Below, one piece after another: positions 9,557-20,278 of a stretch of 64,000 nt of DNA (positions are counted from its first letter, which is position 1; every line of letters begins with the position of its first letter). The position numbers and the translations under genes were made by a program. The stretch comes from Candidatus Latescibacterota bacterium (lineage in GTDB: Bacteria; Latescibacterota; UBA2968; GCA-2709665): positions 1,088,001 to 1,152,000 of the forward strand of contig OZ244744.1 of the NCBI GenBank assembly GCA_965219455.1. Reading direction: 5' to 3'. The notes beneath the pieces were generated by a model that was not told the DNA's origin, made no database searches, and saw only the letters and a list, made by a program, of their open reading frames with translations.

Positions 9557-11806
9557 ATGACGGACGAAAAATTCCACCCGAAAAAACGCGTGAGGGTTCA
9601 GCGCCCATTCGTCCGGAGCGTGTTACTATTGTGTTTCGGTCTTGCCGTGTTCAGCACGCTACCTTCGTCTGCGAATCAGAGGCCCCGTGTCGCGGTCGTG
9701 CTGAGTGGGGGCGGCGCACGCGGAGGGGCGCATATCGGCGTGCTGCGCGTACTCGAGCGCGAAGGCGTACCTATAGACATGATTGTGGGGGTGAGTTACG
9801 GCGCCCTGGTCGGGGGATTGTACGCCGCGGGATTTTCCGTTGACGATCTCGAACGCGTCATTCTGGAGACAGACTGGTGGGAGATTACCAGCAACAGCCC
9901 CGACCGCCGTCTGTCCAACATGAATCGCAAACCAATGGCCGACCGTCAGATGTTCGCGTTGCACCTTGAGGAATTGAAACTGAAATTGCCTTATGGCATT
10001 TTTGCCGGACAAAAGATCCATCAGTTCCTCAATCAACTGACCATTGGCGCAACCTTTAGGGCGCGCAACGACTTCGATCAACTACCAACGCCTTTTCGGT
10101 CAATCGCAACCGACATTCTGTCCGGAGAACAGGTCGTGATCGATAGCGGCTCGCTCGGCGCCGCGATCAGGGCCAGTATTTCCGTTCCAGGGGTATTCGC
10201 GCCGCTGAGTACGGAAAATACCCATCTCGTGGATGGCGGCATCGTCAATAACCTGCCGGTGGACGTCGCATTGGACGCAGGCGCCGATTTTGTCATTGCC
10301 GTAGACTGCGCCACGCCCCTGCGTACATTAAAAGAGGAAATTCAGGATATTATCGACGTCATCGACCAGGCCGTCAGTTTTCGGATAGAAGAAAGAAAGA
10401 TCGCAAACCGGAAACGCTCCCACGTGTTGATATTGCCCGAACTGCACAACTTCGATGGAAGCGATTTCAATCGGTCGTATACCCTGATTCCGATTGGTGA
10501 AAAGGCAACTGAAAAGGAATTGGACACGATCTGGACGGCATTGCAGACGCTTGGAGTACCAAGAAGCGTCGGAAAATCAAGAACGTCCAGATTGCCGGAA
10601 GCGTTCGATATCAATACGTGGGTGGATATACCACCGGACGTGGTAATCGACCGGGTTCGGATAGAGGGTGTACAGCGTTATTCCGAGGCCCTGTTCAAGG
10701 TACGGCTGGAAAAGTTCGTCAACAGGCCGATATCCTTCAAGGAACTCGAACGCGAGTGCGGCCGTCTGCATGCGACCGGATTGTTTCAGACGGTCGATTT
10801 CCACGTCTACTATCATGAAGGCGAGACCGAATTGGTCTTTCACGTGCTCGAAAACCCCCCAAGCGAGTTGAAAGTGGGGATTCATTACAACAACGATTAC
10901 CGGGTCTCGGTGCTGGGCGAGATTGCGCACCAAAGTACACTTGGCCGCATATCGGAACTCCATATTCGCGGACTGCTAGGCAATTTGAATTTTGCTGAAC
11001 TGGTCATGATTTTCCGGACCTCCGGGCGTCTCGGTCTGCTGGGGGAGGTCCAGGCCTGGAACCAGGATCGTTTGTATTTTCGAAATCGGCAGCGTGAGGG
11101 TGGGTACGAAGAACGGCGTTTTCGCTCGCGACTTGGATTGCAGGCACTGTTCCACAGCTGGGGTAGTTTCCAGGCAGGGTACCAGGTGGAGCACGCCCGT
11201 ATCCGCTATGCGGCCCGTTCAATAGGCGATGCATCCGAATTCCTGCCCGGCTTATGGTTATCCGCAGGGATTGACACACGAGACGACTCGATGGTGCCAA
11301 CGCAGGGCGTCTATTTTCAGACACGCGCAAAATGGATTCACCGGACGTTTTCACATAAGCAGATTCAAACCCAACTCGAGTTCTTCGCCAGTCCCCGTTC
11401 GCAATGGAGTGTGGGCTTCTCGTCCATCGGAGGCTACGTGACACAGCCAGCTCCTGTATTCGAATTCTTCCCATTGGGCGGCGCGGGACATTTCAGCAGC
11501 GCGGCATTGCCGGTCGTCGGACTCAAGCGGGATGAACTGCGGGTTGCCAGGTTCGCATCGGTAGGCATATCGCTATGGAGACAGGTTAAATTCTGGGAGT
11601 CGGTGCCGCGCAGTGGTATCGGGATTTTCTATCAGGGCGGACTATATGATATGAGTTCAAATCCGAAGCAGGATTATACACCTATCCACGGCTTCGGAGT
11701 TGGGGGCTATATCAACACGACGCTATTGGGACCCATTCGCGTTGAAATTGTGAGCACCCAGAAGAAGGATATCAAGATTAACGCCTCAATCGGTTTCGGA
11801 TTCTAA
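9557..11806 (+). CDS. Patatin-like phospholipase-POTRA-beta-barrel (PlpD-like), copy 2
   Basis: GGGARG, GVSYG, DGG, terminal IGFGF. Collinear paralog of the preceding gene. Confidence 0.88.
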   Translation: MTDEKFHPKKRVRVQRPFVRSVLLLCFGLAVFSTLPSSANQRPRVAVVLSGGGARGGAHIGVLRVLEREGVPIDMIVGVSYGALVGGLYAAGFSVDDLERVILETDWWEITSNSPDRRLSNMNRKPMADRQMFALHLEELKLKLPYGIFAGQKIHQFLNQLTIGATFRARNDFDQLPTPFRSIATDILSGEQVVIDSGSLGAAIRASISVPGVFAPLSTENTHLVDGGIVNNLPVDVALDAGADFVIAVDCATPLRTLKEEIQDIIDVIDQAVSFRIEERKIANRKRSHVLILPELHNFDGSDFNRSYTLIPIGEKATEKELDTIWTALQTLGVPRSVGKSRTSRLPEAFDINTWVDIPPDVVIDRVRIEGVQRYSEALFKVRLEKFVNRPISFKELERECGRLHATGLFQTVDFHVYYHEGETELVFHVLENPPSELKVGIHYNNDYRVSVLGEIAHQSTLGRISELHIRGLLGNLNFAELVMIFRTSGRLGLLGEVQAWNQDRLYFRNRQREGGYEERRFRSRLGLQALFHSWGSFQAGYQVEHARIRYAARSIGDASEFLPGLWLSAGIDTRDDSMVPTQGVYFQTRAKWIHRTFSHKQIQTQLEFFASPRSQWSVGFSSIGGYVTQPAPVFEFFPLGGAGHFSSAALPVVGLKRDELRVARFASVGISLWRQVKFWESVPRSGIGIFYQGGLYDMSSNPKQDYTPIHGFGVGGYINTTLLGPIRVEIVSTQKKDIKINASIGFGF

Positions 11807-12105
11807 CCTTGATTCGACATTTTTCGGGGACGTTAAGTCGCATATACGCAAGTGAATAAAGGCGATTTGACGTCGGATTTCCAGGATACTTAAGGTCACT
11901 GAACGTAAACGGGAAAAACATCCCTTTGGACGACCTTTACGCCCCGTTTCGGAAGGTTTCGTCGCGGTGCCGCGTTGCTGTTTCTTTCGAATTGAAGCTA
12001 ATGTCCAGGGTTATTCCTGGTTGCGGCGCGTTGAAGTGCTGCAGAATCGAATTTAACCGGACAGCGTCAGGTTGTCCGAATCAACCTGAATCACAAAGGA
12101 CAAGA

Positions 12106-14826
12106 ATGTCATTCACCAGGTGGAACCCCCTTTTTTTCATGCTCGTGCTCGCTTTTTCCGTTCCCGCAGAATCCGCCTCTCAGAAGGATTCACCGGCTCC
12201 AGGGTCCAGGATTCATCGATCCGTTCCTCCGCCTGGAGCAAAAACCCATAAGGTGATTCCAGGTGAGAGATTTCGCGCAGACGGATTCAAACGCTGGTTC
12301 TACGGCGACAATTACCGTGATCTCTGGAATACCCCCGTCGAGGTCGCGGTTCTTGACCTGGACAGCGTGGGAGGCGGACTTACGCCCCTTCGCACCGGCG
12401 GATTCGGACAATCCATTTCTCTTCACTTTACAGGCAAAAACGGCCGTCGTTATACAGTGCGTTCGCTGGACAAAGATGCCACCAGGAGGGTCCCCGACGG
12501 AATCGCGGATACGTTCGTAGGCGACGTCCTTCAGGATCTGATCTGCGCGATGCTTCCGACGGGCGCGCTCGTAGTCGATCCGCTGATGAAGGCCGCAGGC
12601 ATCCTCCATTCCAGGCATACGCTCGTCGTCATTCCGGACGACCCCAGGCTTGGGGAATTCCGTGGAGCGTTTGCCGGTCTGATTGGCATGCTGCAGGAAC
12701 ACCCTTCCGAAGGACCGGACGATACGCCCGGCTTCGCAGGTTCCCGGAAGGTCAGCGGCACGGAGAAGGTGATGAAAACCCTGGAAAAAAGCCCGTGTAA
12801 CCGCGTGGATGCCCGCGCCTTTCTGAAAGCGAGACTGATGGATTTCCTCATCAACGACAAGGACCGCCATCACGGGCAGTGGAGATGGGCGCGGTTCCCC
12901 GACGGCGATTGCCATACATGGCTCCCGATACCGGAGGATCGCGATCAGGCATTTATCCATTTCGAAGGGCTTGCCATGGCAATGGCAAGACGACAATTCC
13001 CCATACAGATCCAGTTTCAGAGGACGTATCCCAGTTTAGTCGGTCTCACGCTGACCGGGTGGGAAATAGACCGCGAATTCCTGGTCGAACTCGACAGGGC
13101 TGCGTGGGATTCGGTAGTAACGTCCTTTTGCGCGAGTCTGACCGACCGGGTTATCGACGACGCCGTGAGAGAGTTGCCGCCTCCGTATTACAAGAGGGTT
13201 GGAAAGACCCTGGCCGAAGCCCTCAAATCGAGGCGGAACGCTTTACCGGAGTTTGCCGCCAGTTACTATGAATTGATTTTACACGAGGCCGAAATATGGG
13301 CAACCGACAAAGACGAATACGTCCAGTGTGAGCACCGTCCGAACGGCGATCTCAGAGTCCGAATTGGCCTGATGGAGGGCGTTGGTGGTGAAAGGAAGAC
13401 GCCTTATTTCCAAAGGACGTTTCATCCCGAAGAAACCAGGGAAGTCAGAATACACCTCCGGGGAGGAGAAGACCGCGCCGAAATATCGGGAACGAAAGGG
13501 CGGATTGTCGTTCGCATCGATGGCGGGGGCGGAGATGACACGCTCACGAACTCATCCGTCGCCGGCGCCTCCAAGACGAGGTTTTATGATTCACGTGGAT
13601 CGAACCGGTTCGTCAAGGGCAACGGAGCGAGGATCGACGAGCGTCCTTACCAGCGGCCACATGGATCGCATACGCCGAATGCCAGGTACGCACTGGATTG
13701 GGGAAAGCGCACTGCGAATCTCCCGATTTTTATGATAAATCCGGACCTGCACGTGTACGCGGGAGTGCAGCATATCCGGCAGTATTACGGCTATCGGAAA
13801 GACCCGTTCTCTTCACAACACGATTTTACCGTCGGTCTTGCAGCACTCGACGGTCCCAAAAGCGTCAAGCCGTTTGTTTCCTATATGGGAAACTTTCGCC
13901 AGCCGGTGCGCTCCTTCGATGCCAGGGTCCACGTTGGGTACTCCGGGATCCAGCTGCTCAGATTCAACGGTTTCGGAAACAACACGGAGATTTCGCAACC
14001 GAAGTCCTATTACAAGTTGGAGCAGGGACTCCTCGTTTTCGCACCGGCGCTCGGGTTCCGGGCAAAAGACCATGAAGAAAACGTTCCGAGCGTTGGTATC
14101 GAGTCGCTTCGCTCGAAATTAAACGTTGACTTTGGGCCGATCATAAAGTATTCAAATGTACCGCTCAGTTCCAACAAGGGGAAGTACGTCGGTTCGCTCG
14201 ATCAACCCATGTACGGTACGGGTTCCTTCACTCAGGCAGGCGCACAGGCGGAAGTCATCTGCGATATGCGTGACAATCCGTTGTACTCCACTCAGGGGAT
14301 CTGGGTCAGGGTGGGCGGCGCCGTATACCCTGGGTTCGGGACTGTGGAATCGACATTCGGAAACATAGATCTGGTAGCCAGTACTTACCTGACCGGGCGT
14401 ATGCCGACGAACCCGACACTTGCTCTTCGAGCGGGAGGCAAGAAGGTATGGGGGACTTTCCCCTTCTACGAAAGCGCCTTTCTGGGCGGTCCCGGTGCGC
14501 TTGGCGCCGGCATTTCCAGAGGCAACCTGCGCGGCTTCCGGAAAAACCGGTTCGCCGGAGACGCTTCCCTGTATGGAAATTCGGAGCTTCGGCTGGTTCT
14601 CACAAAAATTGAACTGTTCGTGGAGGGAGAGCTGGGGCTGTTCGGCACCGCGGACGCCGGAAGGGTGTTTTATGACGGAGATCCTGCAAGTGCCGACAGA
14701 TGGCACACCAGTATCGGGGGTGGATTCTGGCTGTCCTTCCTCCAGCGCAGGCACACCTTGAGCGCGGCTGTCGTAAAAGGCGACGATCTGACGGGAGTAT
14801 ATCTGCGCGGCGGTTTCATGTTCTAA
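12106..14826 (+). CDS. BamA/TamA (Omp85)-family barrel protein with N-terminal atypical kinase-like domain, copy 1
   Basis: Signal peptide (MSFTRWNPLFFMLVLAFSVPA), GGFGQS, RSLDKD, DKDRHHGQW, PEDRDQAF; LRGFRKNRFAG Omp85 loop motif; terminal F. Confidence 0.75.
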   Translation: MSFTRWNPLFFMLVLAFSVPAESASQKDSPAPGSRIHRSVPPPGAKTHKVIPGERFRADGFKRWFYGDNYRDLWNTPVEVAVLDLDSVGGGLTPLRTGGFGQSISLHFTGKNGRRYTVRSLDKDATRRVPDGIADTFVGDVLQDLICAMLPTGALVVDPLMKAAGILHSRHTLVVIPDDPRLGEFRGAFAGLIGMLQEHPSEGPDDTPGFAGSRKVSGTEKVMKTLEKSPCNRVDARAFLKARLMDFLINDKDRHHGQWRWARFPDGDCHTWLPIPEDRDQAFIHFEGLAMAMARRQFPIQIQFQRTYPSLVGLTLTGWEIDREFLVELDRAAWDSVVTSFCASLTDRVIDDAVRELPPPYYKRVGKTLAEALKSRRNALPEFAASYYELILHEAEIWATDKDEYVQCEHRPNGDLRVRIGLMEGVGGERKTPYFQRTFHPEETREVRIHLRGGEDRAEISGTKGRIVVRIDGGGGDDTLTNSSVAGASKTRFYDSRGSNRFVKGNGARIDERPYQRPHGSHTPNARYALDWGKRTANLPIFMINPDLHVYAGVQHIRQYYGYRKDPFSSQHDFTVGLAALDGPKSVKPFVSYMGNFRQPVRSFDARVHVGYSGIQLLRFNGFGNNTEISQPKSYYKLEQGLLVFAPALGFRAKDHEENVPSVGIESLRSKLNVDFGPIIKYSNVPLSSNKGKYVGSLDQPMYGTGSFTQAGAQAEVICDMRDNPLYSTQGIWVRVGGAVYPGFGTVESTFGNIDLVASTYLTGRMPTNPTLALRAGGKKVWGTFPFYESAFLGGPGALGAGISRGNLRGFRKNRFAGDASLYGNSELRLVLTKIELFVEGELGLFGTADAGRVFYDGDPASADRWHTSIGGGFWLSFLQRRHTLSAAVVKGDDLTGVYLRGGFMF

Positions 14827-15161
14827 GAGCCTGCCGGAGATCCGCAGTTCTGCCCTTATGCCGTTGTAACTTTACCAGTCTATATTCACTGAGAATAGTG
14901 GGTATTGTCTTCATGCGGTTCCTCCCGGTCCGTCAAGGAACTACCGGACAGGATCCGATTTCTTGTTCACAACGACTCAACCTTAATTCGTCTTATTTCG
15001 GCGAAGTCACGCTATACCTTATATATTGACGTGGCAGTGAAAGACCTCCCCGGATCTCAGTTAACGGGGGTCAACCGGACTTGCGGTCTGACTTATCGCA
15101 GAAATGCATTCATCTGTCCAGTTTCCCGTTGTCAAAGCCACCAAGTAGCCGAAGGGCAATA

Positions 15162-17864
15162 ATGGGTTTATCCAAATGGGGTTTCCTTGCATTCCTGGGG
15201 TTTGCTCTATCTGTTCCGGCAGAATCCACGCCTCAGAAGGATTCACCGGCTCCAGGGCACAGAATTCACCGGTCGATTCCGCCGCCTGGCGCGAAGACCC
15301 ATTTGGTGATTCCTGGTGAGAGATTCCGCGCCGGTTGGTTCCAACGCTGGTTTTACGGCAGCGATTACCGGGATCTCTGGACTACCCCTATCGAGATTGT
15401 GGTCCTCGACCTGGACAGTATTGGAGGTGGCTTGACGCCGCTTCGCACCGGCGGCGCAGGACAATCTATATCTCTGCATTTTAGAGGGCAAGACGGACGC
15501 CGATATACGGTTCGGTCGTTGGATAAAGACCCTACCAAGAGGATATGGGACGAACTCAGGGATACGATCGTGGAGGACGTCCTGCAGGACTTGATCAGTG
15601 CGCTTCTACCCACCGGAGCGCTTGTTGTGGACCCGCTGATGGAAGCCACGGGTATTCTGCACGCGAAGCATACGCTCGTCGTAATCCCCAACGACACCAG
15701 ACTCATGGAGTTCCAAGGGGAGTTTGCTGGCTTAGTAGGACTGCTGCAGGAACACCCTTCCGAAGGGCCCGACGATACGCCCGGTTTTGCCCATTCCCGG
15801 AAGATCAGTGGAACGAAAAAGCTGCGGAAACACCTTGAAAAAGGCCCGTGCAACCGCGTCGATGCACGTGCCTATCTGAAAGCGAGGCTGTTGGATCTTC
15901 TCATCAACGACAAGGACCGTCACTACGATCAGTGGAGGTGGGCGCGGTTTCCCGATGGCGGCTGCTATACCTGGCTTCCAATACCCGAGGACCGGGACCA
16001 GGCATTTATCGACTTGGACGGATTTGCTATGGCATTGGTGCGTAGAGCACACCCCAGGCAAATCGAGTTCGACGACAAATATCCAAGTCTGGTAGGCCTA
16101 TCGACTACCGGCTGGGAAATGGATCGCGAGTTCCTGGTCGAACTCAATTGGACTGCATGGGATTCGGTAATAGCGGAGTTTCGCGGGGACTTGCCGGATT
16201 CGGTCATGGAGAATGCGGTTCGGAAGCTCCCGCAACCGTATTACGAGATCGTTGGAGAATCTCTTGCACAGGCGCTTAAAGCGAGGCGGGACGCATTGCC
16301 TGGATTCGCCCTGAGATACTATAAGTTGATCACCCGAGAAGCCGAAATCCAGGCGACTGATCGGGACGAATACGTCCTGTGTGAGCATCTTCCGAGCGGT
16401 GACCTCGCGGTACGCATTGGCCTAACGGAGGGCGACGAGAGAGAACGGCAGACGGCCTATTTCCGGCGGACCTTCCGCGCCCAGGAAACCAGTGAGGTCC
16501 GAATATACCTGCGTGGAGGAGACGATCAATCGGAGATAGTGGGGAGCGGGGGACGGATTGCCGTTCGCATCGATGGCGGCGGCGGGAACGACTCGTTTAC
16601 AAACGAATCCCGGGCTGGTACTTCAAAGACCCGGTTTTATGATTATCGTGGAAAAAATCGGTTCAGTAAAGGCAGTGGTGCGAAAATCGACGAGCGACCC
16701 TACACACGTCCTCCCGCACGACGCCTTACCGCGCGGTATGCACTCGACTGGGGCATGCAATCAATTACGTTCCCCATTGTCATGGCGGGACCGGACCTGG
16801 GCGTTTTCGTGCGAATGCTCCATAGCCGGCAGTATTTCGGCTATCGAAAAACTCCTTTCTCTTCGCAACTTTTTTTTAACGTGGGGCTGGCGAGAAACAA
16901 CAATCTTCTGCCCTTTGTTTCCTTTACCGGGAACTTCCGCCAACTGTTTCACGACGTCGACATGAAGGTCGACTTCAAGTACTCCGGAATCCAGACGATC
17001 CGGTTCAATGGATTCGGCAACGGAACAGAACTTCGGAATCCATCCTCCTTCTACAATTTACGGCAGAAGCATGTCGTATTTGCACCGGCCATCGAGTTTC
17101 GAACGGATCTGCACAAAGATAACAGGCACGGTGGGATAGCACCGGTTCGCTCGAAACTGAACGTTGGCCTGGGGCCGATCGTCAAGTATTCAAACACACC
17201 TCTGGATACCAATAGGGAGACCTACATAGGTTCGCTCAATCTCCCGCAATACGGTACGGGTTCCTTCGGCCAGGCAGGCGTCCAGGGTGAAATCAGGTTC
17301 GACACGCGTGATAATCCGGGGTTCGCCACCCGGGGATTCCTGGTCAGTGTTTCTGGCGCCGTCTACCCGGGAGTCTGGAACGTGGAATCGGCCTTTGGTA
17401 GAACAAACGGAGCAGCACACATTTACATGACGGCTCGAATGCCGACTGACCCGACCCTTGCCCTAAGAGCCGGTGGCAAGAAGGTGTGGGGACATTTTCC
17501 CTTCCACGAAAGCGCCTTCCTTGGCGGTCCCGGCTTTGCCGGCGGTGGCGCGCACAGTGGCAATTTACGCGGTTTCCGGAAAAACCGGTTCGCCGGAGAT
17601 ACGTCGTTGTATGGAAACTCCGAGCTACGGTTGGTTCTGGCCAAAATCAGGATCCTGGTACCAGGAGAGTTCGGCCTGTTCGGGATGGTGGATACAGGCC
17701 GGGTTTTCTATGACGGAGACCCGCACAATGGGAACACATGGCATACCAGCCTGGGTGGCGGAATATGGTTGTCATTCCTCAGGCGACGGCAGACCTTGAG
17801 CGTCGCAATCGTGAATGGAGACGATTTGACGGGAGTATATCTGCGCTCTGGTTTTTTGTTCTAA
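15162..17864 (+). CDS. BamA/TamA (Omp85)-family barrel protein with N-terminal atypical kinase-like domain, copy 2
   Basis: Paralog of 12106..14826 with DKDRHYDQW, PEDRDQAF, LRGFRKNRFAG and terminal F. Confidence 0.75.
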   Translation: MGLSKWGFLAFLGFALSVPAESTPQKDSPAPGHRIHRSIPPPGAKTHLVIPGERFRAGWFQRWFYGSDYRDLWTTPIEIVVLDLDSIGGGLTPLRTGGAGQSISLHFRGQDGRRYTVRSLDKDPTKRIWDELRDTIVEDVLQDLISALLPTGALVVDPLMEATGILHAKHTLVVIPNDTRLMEFQGEFAGLVGLLQEHPSEGPDDTPGFAHSRKISGTKKLRKHLEKGPCNRVDARAYLKARLLDLLINDKDRHYDQWRWARFPDGGCYTWLPIPEDRDQAFIDLDGFAMALVRRAHPRQIEFDDKYPSLVGLSTTGWEMDREFLVELNWTAWDSVIAEFRGDLPDSVMENAVRKLPQPYYEIVGESLAQALKARRDALPGFALRYYKLITREAEIQATDRDEYVLCEHLPSGDLAVRIGLTEGDERERQTAYFRRTFRAQETSEVRIYLRGGDDQSEIVGSGGRIAVRIDGGGGNDSFTNESRAGTSKTRFYDYRGKNRFSKGSGAKIDERPYTRPPARRLTARYALDWGMQSITFPIVMAGPDLGVFVRMLHSRQYFGYRKTPFSSQLFFNVGLARNNNLLPFVSFTGNFRQLFHDVDMKVDFKYSGIQTIRFNGFGNGTELRNPSSFYNLRQKHVVFAPAIEFRTDLHKDNRHGGIAPVRSKLNVGLGPIVKYSNTPLDTNRETYIGSLNLPQYGTGSFGQAGVQGEIRFDTRDNPGFATRGFLVSVSGAVYPGVWNVESAFGRTNGAAHIYMTARMPTDPTLALRAGGKKVWGHFPFHESAFLGGPGFAGGGAHSGNLRGFRKNRFAGDTSLYGNSELRLVLAKIRILVPGEFGLFGMVDTGRVFYDGDPHNGNTWHTSLGGGIWLSFLRRRQTLSVAIVNGDDLTGVYLRSGFLF

Positions 17865-18158
17865 TGTCTCTCTCGGAAAAGTCGTTGACCAGTTTTTGAA
17901 ATGTCCTATGTTCTCTCATGCGCGCCTGGCGCACCCTTCAACAATTAAGGGCATCATGGGGAGAGCGACCTCGGAAGCCGAGCAATCGCGTAAATCTGTT
18001 TCCGGGCTATAACACCCGTAGCCCGTCAAAATGCCTTTACGTTCGTCTTCGTGAACACAGATGTCGCATTATTGACAGATTAAAACGCCACAGATTTTAC
18101 GAGAGCCGGACAGAATTCGGATTCTCCGTCAGGCTACTAGCCAGTCAAGGAGGATGCT

Positions 18159-19097
18159 GTGTCTAACAACATCATCGTACGTCTGCTCATCTATTATATC
18201 ACCTGGCTTGTGATTCTCAATGTGATCTTTCATGTTTTTCCCGAAATTCTCCATTACGTCGCCAAGGAGCGTGAACGCATATTCGTGGGAAAATCGCTCG
18301 GCTCGGGCGTCGACGCTGCGGTTCCACTGGGAAACATCAAGGAAGGGATAAACCGCCTTCTCGATCCGGCACATACGATTCCGGTTGTGGTCGCGCTGGT
18401 ACTGGCCTTCGGGGTTACCCTCCCGATTACCTGGGTATATGCCTGGACGCATTCGCCCAAGAAATACAGCCAATCCTTTTTACACACGCTGCTCGTGATG
18501 CCAGTCGCCATCGCGCTGGTTGTCTTTCTGGTTAAAGGCAGTCTTGCCCTTGCGTTCAGCCTGGCTGGCATCGTGGCCGCCGTCAGCTTTCGGATCTCGC
18601 TCAGAGCGACTATGGATGCCGTGTACATGTTTATGGTTATAGGGATCGGGCTGGCCGCCGGTACTCAGCTTACGACAGTGGCCTACATCGCATCGTTGGC
18701 TTTTGTCACCATAACGCTGGGCGTCTGGAAGACCAATTATGGAGCACAACCTCCTGTACTTTCCGGCTGGAGAATTGTCTCGCCGAGGAAATCGGTCGAA
18801 ACCTCCGAATCAGAGGATAATGCAGCCGGGAATTCCGTTGATTTCCGGATCGCCGTGCATGCAACGAACGTCAATGCAGCGCAAAAAGCAGCAGGCCCGA
18901 CCCTTGACTCCGATAGCATAAAGTGGAAGGTCGCAGATATGATCGAGAATGAAGATGGAACGGTCGTCGTTATGTATGATGTCTCTTCGAATCAATCCGT
19001 CGCTCTGCCCTCTCTGGTCCGGGATATTGAGAAGAGAGGAAAAAAGCGTATTAAAGGCGTCAAACTGACCGAAGGTGAGACAGATCAGAGTTTATAA
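18159..19097 (+). CDS. DUF4956-family inner-membrane protein
   Basis: Multiple TM helices; VKGSLALAFSLAGIVAAVSFR, MDAVYMF..IGIGLAAG. AGGAGG RBS before a GTG start. Confidence 0.75.
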   Translation: MSNNIIVRLLIYYITWLVILNVIFHVFPEILHYVAKERERIFVGKSLGSGVDAAVPLGNIKEGINRLLDPAHTIPVVVALVLAFGVTLPITWVYAWTHSPKKYSQSFLHTLLVMPVAIALVVFLVKGSLALAFSLAGIVAAVSFRISLRATMDAVYMFMVIGIGLAAGTQLTTVAYIASLAFVTITLGVWKTNYGAQPPVLSGWRIVSPRKSVETSESEDNAAGNSVDFRIAVHATNVNAAQKAAGPTLDSDSIKWKVADMIENEDGTVVVMYDVSSNQSVALPSLVRDIEKRGKKRIKGVKLTEGETDQSL

Positions 19098-19178
19098 CCT
19101 GTAATCTAAAAGCCTCCAGTCAACAGGGAAAATCATGCAGGCAGGAACTGACGGGAATTGATAACGGTATAATTGTAA

Positions 19179-20147
19179 ATGAAGAACTTTAGAGAAAAAT
19201 ACACGCAGGACTACCCTGGTCTCGGCTTTCTTCTCTACATGCTGACGATGGGATCAGGAACGGCCGCAACCGCGGAATTCACTGGAGATGCCTTAAACGC
19301 AAATCCGGAAACTTCAGGTGTCCTCCCTTCCGCGGACACAATGACGGCATCCAAAAGGAAGATATCCCTCGAAAGCTATACCCTGGATCCGGAGACCGCG
19401 ACGCACTGGAAGCTTCCCAGGGATCTCGAGGAGATCTCCGGTCTGGCAATGACCGGAGACGAACGACTCCTGGCGCACAACGATGAGAGAGCGATCATTT
19501 TCGAGATCGATTATCTGCAAGGGTCAATCGTAAAGGCATTCCAACTGGCGGATATGAATCACCCGGTTGCCGGTGATTTCGAGGGCATTGCCGCGACTGA
19601 CGACGGGATCTTCCTGGTCACAAGTACGGGGCGGCTGTACGAGTTTCATGAGGGAATTGCCGGGGAGTCCGTTCTGTTTAACGTCTACACGACCGGGGTT
19701 GGCAGAGATTTCGAAATAGAGGGCCTGACGTATGACCGGGGCCTTCGCGTACTCCTGCTGATGTGCAAGGATGCTCGCAGCCTGGAAACGGAAGGGCAGC
19801 TGGCGATATACCAGTGGTCAGTTGACGAAAAACAGATGAAAGAAAATGGACGCATCCTGATACGAGTGAAAGAATTCGCCCGACACGTCAGTGGACGGAA
19901 ATTCCATCCTTCGGGAATCGAGCGGCATCCGGTTTCCGGGAATTATTTCGTCGTAGCTGGCCGTCAGGGGGCGATCGCCGAAATTACGCCGGCTGGACAG
20001 GTCGTTGCCGTCAGGAAGTTTCCCGCCAGGTGGCATCGTCAGGTTGAAGGTATTACCTTCGCTGCGGACGGCACGCTGATCGTTGCCGATGAAGGCGCGG
20101 GGAGGAAAGGCAGGCTGACCCTCTATCCGGTTTCGGACGGTTGGTAA
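19179..20147 (+). CDS. SdiA-regulated (YjiK)-like exported beta-propeller
   Basis: Repeated EISGL, HNDE, DFEGI, EIEGL, PSGI, QVEGI, ADEG blade motifs; N-terminal hydrophobic stretch. Confidence 0.75.
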   Translation: MKNFREKYTQDYPGLGFLLYMLTMGSGTAATAEFTGDALNANPETSGVLPSADTMTASKRKISLESYTLDPETATHWKLPRDLEEISGLAMTGDERLLAHNDERAIIFEIDYLQGSIVKAFQLADMNHPVAGDFEGIAATDDGIFLVTSTGRLYEFHEGIAGESVLFNVYTTGVGRDFEIEGLTYDRGLRVLLLMCKDARSLETEGQLAIYQWSVDEKQMKENGRILIRVKEFARHVSGRKFHPSGIERHPVSGNYFVVAGRQGAIAEITPAGQVVAVRKFPARWHRQVEGITFAADGTLIVADEGAGRKGRLTLYPVSDGW

Positions 20148-20219
20148 TTGCAACACCTTTATGCGCAGGCATTCGGATCATCAAAAGAATCGGCTTCGCC
20201 TGCGTCCGTCAGTGGGCAT

Positions 20220-20258
20220 AAAAAAAGGCCCCGATTCGATCTTCCCGGGCCCTTGTTT
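20220..20258. terminator. Probable bidirectional intrinsic terminator
   Basis: A7-GGCCCCG...CGGGCCC-TTGTTT between convergent genes. Confidence 0.5.
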
Positions 20259-20278
20259 CATTACTGCGTGTCTCGCCA

